IMG/VR virus record: IMGVR_UViG_2834277561_000001
Span: 186,688 to 201,430 of that record
DNA: 14,743 bases
Direction: 5' to 3' (one strand)
Source of the DNA: a virus
Taxonomy: Duplodnaviria; Heunggongvirae; Uroviricota; Caudoviricetes
This document shows positions 1 through 7,230 of the stretch, piece by piece (within the stretch, counting starts at the first letter, position 1; each line of letters opens with the position of its first letter). The translations under genes were made by a program, and so were the position numbers. The notes beneath the pieces were generated by a model. The model had not been told where the DNA came from. It saw only the letters and a list, made by a program, of their open reading frames with translations, and ran no database searches.

Positions 1-111
1 TTTAATTATATTCGCACGAGTGATGTAGTTTCGAAAAGTAAAAATAATAACAAAGTTGTAATCACAACTCGAAATTCCGTTTTCGAGTTTGAAGAATACG
101 AGGAAGAATGA
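1..111 (+). CDS. 3' end of a hypothetical phage protein (partial, runs off the window start)
   Basis: Frame 1 is open from base 1: FNYIRTSDVVSKSKNNNKVVITTRNSVFEFEEYEEE*. Its TGA (109-111) overlaps the ATG of the next gene (ATGA coupling). Not in the ORF track. Confidence 0.75.
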   Translation, partial: FNYIRTSDVVSKSKNNNKVVITTRNSVFEFEEYEEE

Positions 112-896
112 CATCTTATAAAGAAATTTTAGACAAAATCACATTCTCATTTTCAACTCTACACCAATATGAACAATGTCCGTATGCTTTTTATAATAGA
201 AAAATTGATGGAACAGAATTAAATGAGGGGAATTTTTATTCCGATGCGGGTGGTTATATGCACGATATCCAGGCACAAATTTTTTCAAATCAACTCAACC
301 TGGATGATGCGTTGGATTATTACATAGAAAATTATGATAATAATGTTTGTTATACCGCGAAACAGTCAACTATGGACAAGAAATATGAACAGGGCGCGGA
401 TTATTTAGCAGTATTAGACTTGTCAGAACTAGATAATTATGAAATTCTTGGCGTAGAAAAGGAAGTTCATTTCGAATTACAAGGTTACAAGTTTATCGGA
501 TTCATTGATTTGCTACTTCAAAACAAAATAAATGGAGAAATAATACTTGTAGATCATAAGTCATCTGATCACTTCCTGAAAAAAGACGGTAAGCCACTAA
601 AAAATCAGTTATCGAATTTTGAAGCATATAGTAAACAGATGTATTTATATTCATATCCGATTTATCAGGAATATGGCAAATATCCAAGTTGTATTGTCTG
701 GAACCACTTCTATGAACAAACTATCACAAATATCCCATTTGTAAAAGAGAACTATGATAAGACGCTAAACTGGGCAGTCGATATCATCCACAAGATTTAT
801 CAGGATGAAGAATTTGCAGCGCATTTAAATTATATGATGTGTCATGTCCTTTGTGGATATCGGAACAGTTGTGAATATGTGAAAGGTGAAGAGTAA
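108..896 (+). CDS. PD-(D/E)XK nuclease, Cas4/AddB(RecB)-like exonuclease with a predicted Fe-S cysteine staple
   Basis: N-terminal FSFSTLHQYEQCPY (S-x-S...CP motif), GFIDLLL (motif II Asp), LVDHKSS (D-x-K), Q-x-x-LY, and C-terminal C245-x3-C249-x5-C255. Confidence 0.85.
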   Translation: MTSYKEILDKITFSFSTLHQYEQCPYAFYNRKIDGTELNEGNFYSDAGGYMHDIQAQIFSNQLNLDDALDYYIENYDNNVCYTAKQSTMDKKYEQGADYLAVLDLSELDNYEILGVEKEVHFELQGYKFIGFIDLLLQNKINGEIILVDHKSSDHFLKKDGKPLKNQLSNFEAYSKQMYLYSYPIYQEYGKYPSCIVWNHFYEQTITNIPFVKENYDKTLNWAVDIIHKIYQDEEFAAHLNYMMCHVLCGYRNSCEYVKGEE

Positions 897-1199
897 TGGC
901 AGTATCAAATGACAAGTATTATAAACCAGAAGAAGCACTTCAAGAGTTGAGATTGCAACAAAACCATTTTCGATGTAGCGGTTGATATTCAATCACTACT
1001 GAGAATTCTGGTAGATAAACAAATTATCACCAGAGAAGAAGTGACAAAATATCGTGAAGAGGTTAGAAACAGCCCAAAATATAAACCTGTATTAGAGGAA
1101 ATTCAGAGACAGACGAGAGGGTTTGAAGCTGCGAAAGATAATCCACAAGAATATTTAAAAGCAATTTTTAAAGCTAAAATGAATGGAGATATTAAATGA
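896..1199 (+). pseudogene. Frameshift-split gene, about 100 aa if joined (pseudogene, sequence error or programmed +1 frameshift)
   Basis: RBS AAAGGTGA and ATG at 896 overlapping the previous TAA. Frame 0 stops at TGA 983-985 after 29 aa. The +1 frame is open 951-1199 (TIFDVAVDIQSLLRILVDKQIITREEV...MNGDIK*) and ends in an ATGA overlap with the next gene. Confidence 0.75.
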
Positions 1200-1804
1200 G
1201 TGAAGATAAAAGATATGATATCCTTGGGCGAGAGCTAAAAGATGGGGATATTTGCGTAGGGAAGGGCACGGGACGCGATGTTATTGGAATGGATGTTGGC
1301 ATCTGGTGCGGTAAATCAATTGCATTTCTTGGTGGTTCTAAACGTTCTATGGGTGATGTATTTAAAGTTGTAAATCCATCCAAAGAAGAAATTGAAATTG
1401 CGGATAAGATAAAAGCAGATTTAAGTAAAAGAAAAGAAGAGAATAAAAAGAAGGAAAAGACAAAAGGTATTCCTTTATCTCAATTAACTGTCGGTGGAAT
1501 ATATGAAGATATCAATAGGCAATTATATGTTTACTTAGGTAAAAGAAAAGTCACAGTAACTTGCGGATCTCGAAAAAGAGTAGAAGAGGGAAATTGTTTT
1601 TCTAAGATATATAGAGATATCGGTACTTCCAAATCAGAAGTTATGAATCAAATAACATGGATACAATATTATGGAAAAATTAATATTGATATCCTAAAAA
1701 CAAGTAAGAAATTGATTTCTTTAAAAGAAACAGTTGACCTTACTTTTCCGATAAAAACAACTTGTTCCATATGGAATGAAGATTACACTTTAACAGTCGA
1801 ATAG
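1196..1804 (+). CDS. Hypothetical phage protein (202 aa), probably two small beta-barrel (SH3/KOW-like) modules
   Basis: Long ORF with ATGA coupling and upstream GGAG. Contains DILGRELKDGD and LTVGGIYEDINRQLYVYLGK segments. The fold assignment is inference only. Confidence 0.8.
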   Translation: MSEDKRYDILGRELKDGDICVGKGTGRDVIGMDVGIWCGKSIAFLGGSKRSMGDVFKVVNPSKEEIEIADKIKADLSKRKEENKKKEKTKGIPLSQLTVGGIYEDINRQLYVYLGKRKVTVTCGSRKRVEEGNCFSKIYRDIGTSKSEVMNQITWIQYYGKINIDILKTSKKLISLKETVDLTFPIKTTCSIWNEDYTLTVE

Positions 1805-1818
1805 GAGATTAATTCAAC

Positions 1819-2037
1819 ATGAGAAATAAAGAACGTATCGATACATTTACATGGGAATTCGCAGAAATTTGGAAGAGATCATTCCCTGATCTGAGATTTG
1901 GTCAGTTGTGTATGAATTTCTTTGGATGGTTACAATCGAAAAAAGAAAAAGATCCATTCTTTCCGGAAGAACCGGATATGATTGAGTATTTTCGTGAATA
2001 TGCCAACGAAAGCTCACTTTGGTATCGCAAAAATTAG
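1819..2037 (+). CDS. Hypothetical phage protein (72 aa, PDLRFGQL motif)
   Basis: AGGAG RBS a suitable distance upstream of the ATG, and protein-like composition. Confidence 0.8.
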   Translation: MRNKERIDTFTWEFAEIWKRSFPDLRFGQLCMNFFGWLQSKKEKDPFFPEEPDMIEYFREYANESSLWYRKN

Positions 2038-2040
2038 TAA

Positions 2041-2064
2041 CCTATGAAATCCTGATTTCATAGG
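2041..2064. repeat. Perfect 10-bp inverted repeat CCTATGAAAT-CCTG-ATTTCATAGG (operator or hairpin)
   Basis: Read directly: 2041-2050 is the exact reverse complement of 2055-2064, with a 4-nt loop. There is no U-tract after it. Confidence 0.8.
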
Positions 2065-2071
2065 TAAAATA

Positions 2072-2118
2072 AATCAATATATTGTGGTCATTATTTTACT
2101 AAATACTATATATTGTGG
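2072..2118 (+). promoter_or_regulatory. Tandem NrdR boxes (2072-2087 and 2103-2118) overlapping a candidate sigma-A promoter TTGTGG-N16-TACTAT
   Basis: AATCAATATATTGTGG and ATACTATATATTGTGG both match the NrdR consensus acaCwAtATaTwGtgt at all strongly conserved positions. Their start-to-start spacing is 31 bp, the typical tandem spacing. Candidate -35 at 2082-2087 and -10 at 2104-2109. Confidence 0.75.
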
Positions 2119-2132
2119 TTACAGGAGACGAA

Positions 2133-4145
2133 ATGAAAGAAAGAATACAATATCTTGTAAAACAGCTCAATATTTATAGAAATGCATACTATAATGAGTC
2201 GAAATCGCTAATTTCCGACTATGAGTATGATGAATTGTATGACGAGCTGGAAAAGTTAGAATATGTAACTGGAATTATATATTCCAATTCACCAACGCAA
2301 TCTGTTGGGTATGAAGTTGTATCAAAACTTCAAAAAGTAAAACACAGTCATCCAATGATGTCACTTGACAAAACCAAAATAACAAATGATTTAGTTGAAT
2401 TTTCAAATGGCAGAGATTGTGTATTATCATTAAAAATGGACGGACTCACCACATTAATCACATATGATTTTGGAAGAGTAATTCAGGCTGAAACTCGCGG
2501 AAATGGGTTAATTGGAGAAGTTATTACTCATAATGTAAAAGCATTTGAAAACCTTCCATATACGATTCATACAAGTTCTAAGTTTGAATTTGAAGGAGAA
2601 TCAATAATCTTATTAGACGATTTTAATAACATCAATAATAAAATTATAAATGAATGTCATGAAATTGCCAAAAGAAATAAGTTATCATCAGAAGAACTTG
2701 AAAAGTTGATTGATGAAAAGACATATAAGACTCCGCGAAACCTTGCGTCTGGTTCAGTGAGACAGCTCAATAGTGAAGTAACAAAAAATAGGCATGTTAA
2801 ATTTATTGTATGGAAAGTTCCGTATGGGGTTGCTAGTTATACGAGTGGATTTAAACTTGCAAAACAAATGGGATTTGAGGTAGTGCCATATGTTACATAC
2901 AATAGTAAAACTGATAATATCGATGAAAAAATTGATATTCTAACATCTATCGCTAAAGAAAAAGGATATCCTATTGATGGAATTGTATGTACATACAATG
3001 ATGTAAAATTTGGCAAATCTCTTGGTATGACAAATCATCACGCAAGAAACGCAATAGCATATAAATTTTACGATGAAGAGAATGTCACAACTCTTAAAAC
3101 AGTTGAATGGTCAATGGGAAAAACTGGACAGCTTACTCCAGTTGCAGTTTTTGAAGATACTGTAATTGACGGAACAACAGTAAATAGGGCATCATTACAT
3201 AATGTTTCCGTATTCAAGTCTTTTGAACTAGGTGCAGGAGACGAAATAACTGTCTATAAATCAAATATGATTATACCGCAAATACGAGATAATCTATCCA
3301 GAAGTGGTACACTAACCATTCCAGATACATGTCCTATATGCGGTGAACAAGCACAAGTAATTAAAGATAACGAATCTGAAGTTCTTATTTGTTCAAATCC
3401 AGATTGTCCAGGTAAATTACTTGGCAAAATTTCACACGCGGTTTCGCGAAATGCCCTAAATATTGATGGATTATCTGATGCAACAATTGAAAAATTCATT
3501 TCTCTTGGATGGTTGAAATCCATTTCTGATATTTATTCCCTTAAAAAATATGAGAAAAATATGAAATCACTTTCTGGTTTTGGTAAAAAATCTGTAGATA
3601 AACTGCTTGCATCTATTGAAATTAGCCGCAAAACAGAGCTTAACAGATTCATTAATGCATTATCAATTCCAATGATTGGCAATACAGCCAGTAAAGCAAT
3701 TGCAAAATATTGCGATGGAAGTGTGGATAAATTCTTTACAGGAATGGATGAGAAATTTCCTTATATTAATATAGAAGGAATTGGCACACAGCGTACCGAA
3801 ATTATGCATGATTTCTGGAATAATCATAAAGAAGAAGTCAAATCATTTGCAAGAGAATTTGTTTTCGAAGAGACAGAGACAAGCAATACGGCATCAAATA
3901 ACCTCGAGAATATGATTTTTGTTATTACTGGAAGTTTAAATGAATTTGAAAACCGTGATGCTGCAAAGTATGAGATTGAAAAACATGGTGGAAAAGTGTC
4001 TGGATCAATTTCAAGTCGGACAAATTTTCTCGTAAATAATGATGTGAATTCTACATCAACTAAGAACACAAAAGCTAAAAACCTAGGAATACCCATTATC
4101 AATGAATCGGAGCTGATTTCGATGCTAAATTCTAATACTATTTGA
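2133..4145 (+). CDS. ligA: NAD-dependent DNA ligase
   Basis: YY..S.ISDYEYD domain Ia, LKMDG adenylation motif, TRGNG, PRNLASGS.RQL, DGIV, AYKF, TP.A...V..A.LHN, a CPICG...C.N..C zinc finger, HhH repeats and a BRCT domain (VITGSL..., GGKV.GSIS). Start moved to ATG 2133 because AGGAG lies at 2123-2127. Confidence 0.96.
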   Translation: MKERIQYLVKQLNIYRNAYYNESKSLISDYEYDELYDELEKLEYVTGIIYSNSPTQSVGYEVVSKLQKVKHSHPMMSLDKTKITNDLVEFSNGRDCVLSLKMDGLTTLITYDFGRVIQAETRGNGLIGEVITHNVKAFENLPYTIHTSSKFEFEGESIILLDDFNNINNKIINECHEIAKRNKLSSEELEKLIDEKTYKTPRNLASGSVRQLNSEVTKNRHVKFIVWKVPYGVASYTSGFKLAKQMGFEVVPYVTYNSKTDNIDEKIDILTSIAKEKGYPIDGIVCTYNDVKFGKSLGMTNHHARNAIAYKFYDEENVTTLKTVEWSMGKTGQLTPVAVFEDTVIDGTTVNRASLHNVSVFKSFELGAGDEITVYKSNMIIPQIRDNLSRSGTLTIPDTCPICGEQAQVIKDNESEVLICSNPDCPGKLLGKISHAVSRNALNIDGLSDATIEKFISLGWLKSISDIYSLKKYEKNMKSLSGFGKKSVDKLLASIEISRKTELNRFINALSIPMIGNTASKAIAKYCDGSVDKFFTGMDEKFPYINIEGIGTQRTEIMHDFWNNHKEEVKSFAREFVFEETETSNTASNNLENMIFVITGSLNEFENRDAAKYEIEKHGGKVSGSISSRTNFLVNNDVNSTSTKNTKAKNLGIPIINESELISMLNSNTI

Positions 4146-4162
4146 AGGGAAAATTATATCAT

Positions 4163-4408
4163 ATGAAGTTAAAAATTCGATTAAAAACAGTAAATGACGC
4201 GAGTCTATTTACTGCGAAATGCAATGAATATAGAGATAATGATGTTGACTATTTGGTAGGAAGGTACATCATCGATGGCAAATCATTAATGGGGATATTG
4301 AGTACGGGGCTTGATAAAGTATGTGAAGTAGATTTTCATTGCGATAATAAACAAATTTGTAACCAATTTCGCCAGGACATGAAACTTTGGATTGCGGAGG
4401 ATAAATAG
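4163..4408 (+). CDS. HPr-family phosphocarrier-like protein lacking the His15 motif
   Basis: GRYIIDGKSLMGILS matches the HPr Ser46 region (vdaKSimg). There is no GLHARP motif. Start moved to ATG 4163, after GAAGGGA. Confidence 0.8.
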   Translation: MKLKIRLKTVNDASLFTAKCNEYRDNDVDYLVGRYIIDGKSLMGILSTGLDKVCEVDFHCDNKQICNQFRQDMKLWIAEDK

Positions 4409-4409
4409 T

Positions 4410-4640
4410 ATGACCATCGAAGATGAATATTATGTTCTTATAATACTTAATACGAAAGAAAAAGGTATGTACAGCACTTATATCCGTGATAAAACAATGT
4501 TTTGTTCACCCAAAGGAGTTACCGAGGATATACGCCAGGCACTAAAATTCGGAAGTATTATGGCTGCACGACTTTATAAGGGAATGAAAAAACTGGAAGG
4601 CTTTATTCCTTTGTATGTCAAAAACACAATTACATTTTAG
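4410..4640 (+). CDS. Hypothetical protein (76 aa)
   Basis: GGAGG at 4396-4400 supports ATG 4410. The ORF fills the gap between the HPr-like gene and thyA. Confidence 0.7.
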   Translation: MTIEDEYYVLIILNTKEKGMYSTYIRDKTMFCSPKGVTEDIRQALKFGSIMAARLYKGMKKLEGFIPLYVKNTITF

Positions 4641-4650
4641 GAGAACTTAT

Positions 4651-5520
4651 ATGACAAGAGCCGATTTAAGATTAATACAGGATATTCGAAATATCATGAA
4701 CAACGGGACAATGGATGAGAATCCTCGTCCCCGTTATAGTGACGGAACACCCGCGCATACAAAATTTGTGAATCATGTTGTAAGAACATATGATTTAAGT
4801 AAAGAATTTCCGATTTGTTCACTACGTCCGATTGCTTGGAAAACGGCAATCAAAGAGATTTTCTGGATTTACAAAGATGCCAGTAACTCATTGGACGTTC
4901 TACGTAACAAATACAATATTCATTACTGGGATGACTGGGAATCAGTAATGATACCAGAAACGATTGGCATTCGCTACGGTGCCACAGTAAAAAAATATGA
5001 TTTATTAAATAAACTTATTACGGATATTAAAAAAAATCCATATGGACGCCGCCATATCATAAGTCTGTGGCAGGAAAACGATTTTGATGAATCAGATGGA
5101 CTCGCACCATGTGCATTCCTTACTATTTGGAATGTCAGAGGTGAATATCTTGACATGTGCTTAATCCAGAGAAGTGGCGATATGCTTACAGCTTCCGGAG
5201 CTGGCGGAATAAATGAAGTGCAGTACGCATGTTTGCAGATGATGGTTGCGAAAGCGACTGGATATAAACCTGGTAAATTCACACACTTCGTGGCGAACGA
5301 ACAGATTTACACACGTCACTTTGATGCTGCGAATGAGCTACTTCGTCGAGCATCAGAACAGAAAATTGAATCAAATAGCCAGTATGATTACGAATTCGAA
5401 CCAGTCAAAATGAATTTCAATCCTAAATCTGATAATTTCTATGATTTCTCAATCGAAGATTTTTCCCTTGAAAATTATAATCCGATTAAACCACAGATAA
5501 AACTTGAATTAGGCATTTAG
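4651..5520 (+). CDS. thyA: Thymidylate synthase (ThyA type)
   Basis: R...GT.A, PYGRRHIISLW, LAPC (catalytic Cys), QRSGD, conserved Asn in INEVQYA, and QIY..H. Start moved to ATG 4651 (AGGAG at 4639-4643). Confidence 0.95.
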   Translation: MTRADLRLIQDIRNIMNNGTMDENPRPRYSDGTPAHTKFVNHVVRTYDLSKEFPICSLRPIAWKTAIKEIFWIYKDASNSLDVLRNKYNIHYWDDWESVMIPETIGIRYGATVKKYDLLNKLITDIKKNPYGRRHIISLWQENDFDESDGLAPCAFLTIWNVRGEYLDMCLIQRSGDMLTASGAGGINEVQYACLQMMVAKATGYKPGKFTHFVANEQIYTRHFDAANELLRRASEQKIESNSQYDYEFEPVKMNFNPKSDNFYDFSIEDFSLENYNPIKPQIKLELGI

Positions 5521-5544
5521 TTTTATAAGAACGGAGAAAATATA

Positions 5545-6825
5545 ATGAAAACAAATATCTTTATACCAACAAAAATAAATGTAGGATTCCAAAAACGAAA
5601 AGATACTTATACAAGTAAATTAGCTTATGTAATCTATTTTGATGAAAAAGGTAAATTACGAAAAGAAACCTCATGGCAAGGTTGGAGAGATGAAGGTATT
5701 CCAAACGAAATCTACGATAATGAGCCAATGGAAGGATTTGTATTAAATAAGAAGGTTGGTGGAGATAGATATGGTTGGAATCCCAGACAGACATATACCA
5801 GAGTATATGACCCTAGAGGATTCGAGTTTGAAATTACAATTCCAAATCTGTTGTGGATTTTAGAAAATTGTAACTGTATCAAAGGTAAAGGACTTGAAGG
5901 TGAATTTGTTTATGGTTGGGATGGTAAAGAATTAGTTCTTGTACCTGTAGAATCCTCGGACTATAAAGAAATTCAGGAAAAGAATAAAGTCATTCATAAT
6001 AATACATTTATTAAAGCAAGAGATTTAATCATTGGTGCTACATATGAGGATTTGAATGGTAATCAATATGTATATATGGGAAAATCAAAGCCTTGGAAAG
6101 ATCAGTCAAATTATTACCATGAAAGTCATGGTTACTATTATAGTAACAACAGAAAAGAAGGATATGAATATCCGCTTGATGATACATGGTTAATCAGTAA
6201 ATGTCGAAGTAGTTATTATAATCAAAACCTTACTTACTATAGAAGTATTCAAGAAGAAAAGAATGAATTTTTCTTTATTCTTCTTGGAAATCCTAGTGCT
6301 GAATATAGTTGGGACAGAGAAAATAGAGTAACACATATGAAAACAATTACAAGAAAGTTCACCCATATGGTTCTTGAAAAAAGACCAGATTATCCAGATA
6401 TGATTAATCTGTTATATAGCAATGCTGAATATTGTCAAGAAGATTTTGAAGCAGATAAGCTTATTGATTTACCATACGATATATTTGTTGCTATGGCACA
6501 AGAAACCATTGAAAAGTGTCTTAAACATAATTGGCACGGTAATGATTTTGTAGTTGGTAAAGAAAAAGATAAGCTTCTTGGTAATATAAAAGTATATTAT
6601 GAAAAAGAGAGTGGTAAATGGTATATCATGGATACCATTATTGAAACCTATGAGGAAAAGAAATGGTTCTCTAGTGAAATGGAAACAAAAACAAGGGAAC
6701 GACAGGTTAAAAAATATTTTGATAATTTAGAAGAATGTTATCAGTATATTCATCCTATCTATGGAGAACATTATTTAAAAAATGGTTATCTGGAAGGGAG
6801 ATTTTATTATGGCACAGAAAAATGA
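5545..6825 (+). CDS. Hypothetical phage protein (426 aa, aromatic-rich)
   Basis: Long ORF with GGAG RBS. The N-terminal block (LAYVIY..GK.RKETSW.GW; VYDPRGFEFEIT..NL..IL) looks like a conserved domain, but I cannot assign a function. Confidence 0.88.
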   Translation: MKTNIFIPTKINVGFQKRKDTYTSKLAYVIYFDEKGKLRKETSWQGWRDEGIPNEIYDNEPMEGFVLNKKVGGDRYGWNPRQTYTRVYDPRGFEFEITIPNLLWILENCNCIKGKGLEGEFVYGWDGKELVLVPVESSDYKEIQEKNKVIHNNTFIKARDLIIGATYEDLNGNQYVYMGKSKPWKDQSNYYHESHGYYYSNNRKEGYEYPLDDTWLISKCRSSYYNQNLTYYRSIQEEKNEFFFILLGNPSAEYSWDRENRVTHMKTITRKFTHMVLEKRPDYPDMINLLYSNAEYCQEDFEADKLIDLPYDIFVAMAQETIEKCLKHNWHGNDFVVGKEKDKLLGNIKVYYEKESGKWYIMDTIIETYEEKKWFSSEMETKTRERQVKKYFDNLEECYQYIHPIYGEHYLKNGYLEGRFYYGTEK

Positions 6826-7225
6826 TGAAAGAATTATGCAGTTAAAGAAAACTATTGAAGAAAAAAGACAGGAGCTTGCATCAAAACCAACAAGATTCAA
6901 TCCAATTACTAATTGTTTATTAGTATTGGATAAGGTTACTTACAATTTACATATTGATTCAAGCGAAATGTTGTTAATTAAACTTAATGCACTTTTAATA
7001 TCTGCAAAAGATTTAGAAATTGACACTTCTACATTAATGATTTCGGGTAGCTCACTTGATGACTGGATTGCTGATGTAAAAGCAAATCTTGAAGTACAGA
7101 GATACAATGCTGAGAAAAAGAAATTAGATATGTTAGAAAAACAACTTACGGCATTGTTGTCTGATGATAAACAAACAGAGCTTCAAATTGATAGTTTGGA
7201 AGAATTATTAAAAGATTCTGAATAA
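6809..7225 (+). CDS. Hypothetical coiled-coil protein (138 aa), overlapping the 426 aa gene
   Basis: GGGAG at 6796-6800 supports ATG 6809. Heptad-like helices at both ends. Confidence 0.85.
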   Translation: MAQKNDERIMQLKKTIEEKRQELASKPTRFNPITNCLLVLDKVTYNLHIDSSEMLLIKLNALLISAKDLEIDTSTLMISGSSLDDWIADVKANLEVQRYNAEKKKLDMLEKQLTALLSDDKQTELQIDSLEELLKDSE

Positions 7226-7230
7226 GGAGT

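Noticed and set aside
1-896. CRISPR-Cas locus suggested by the Cas4-like gene
   Set aside because: No direct-repeat/spacer array and no cas1, cas2 or other cas genes appear anywhere in the window.
4651-5520. Possibility that the ThyA-like gene is a dCMP/dUMP hydroxymethylase for modified phage DNA
   Set aside because: It keeps the dUMP-specifying Asn (INEVQYA) and standard ThyA motifs, and there are no glycosyltransferase or other base-modification genes in the window.
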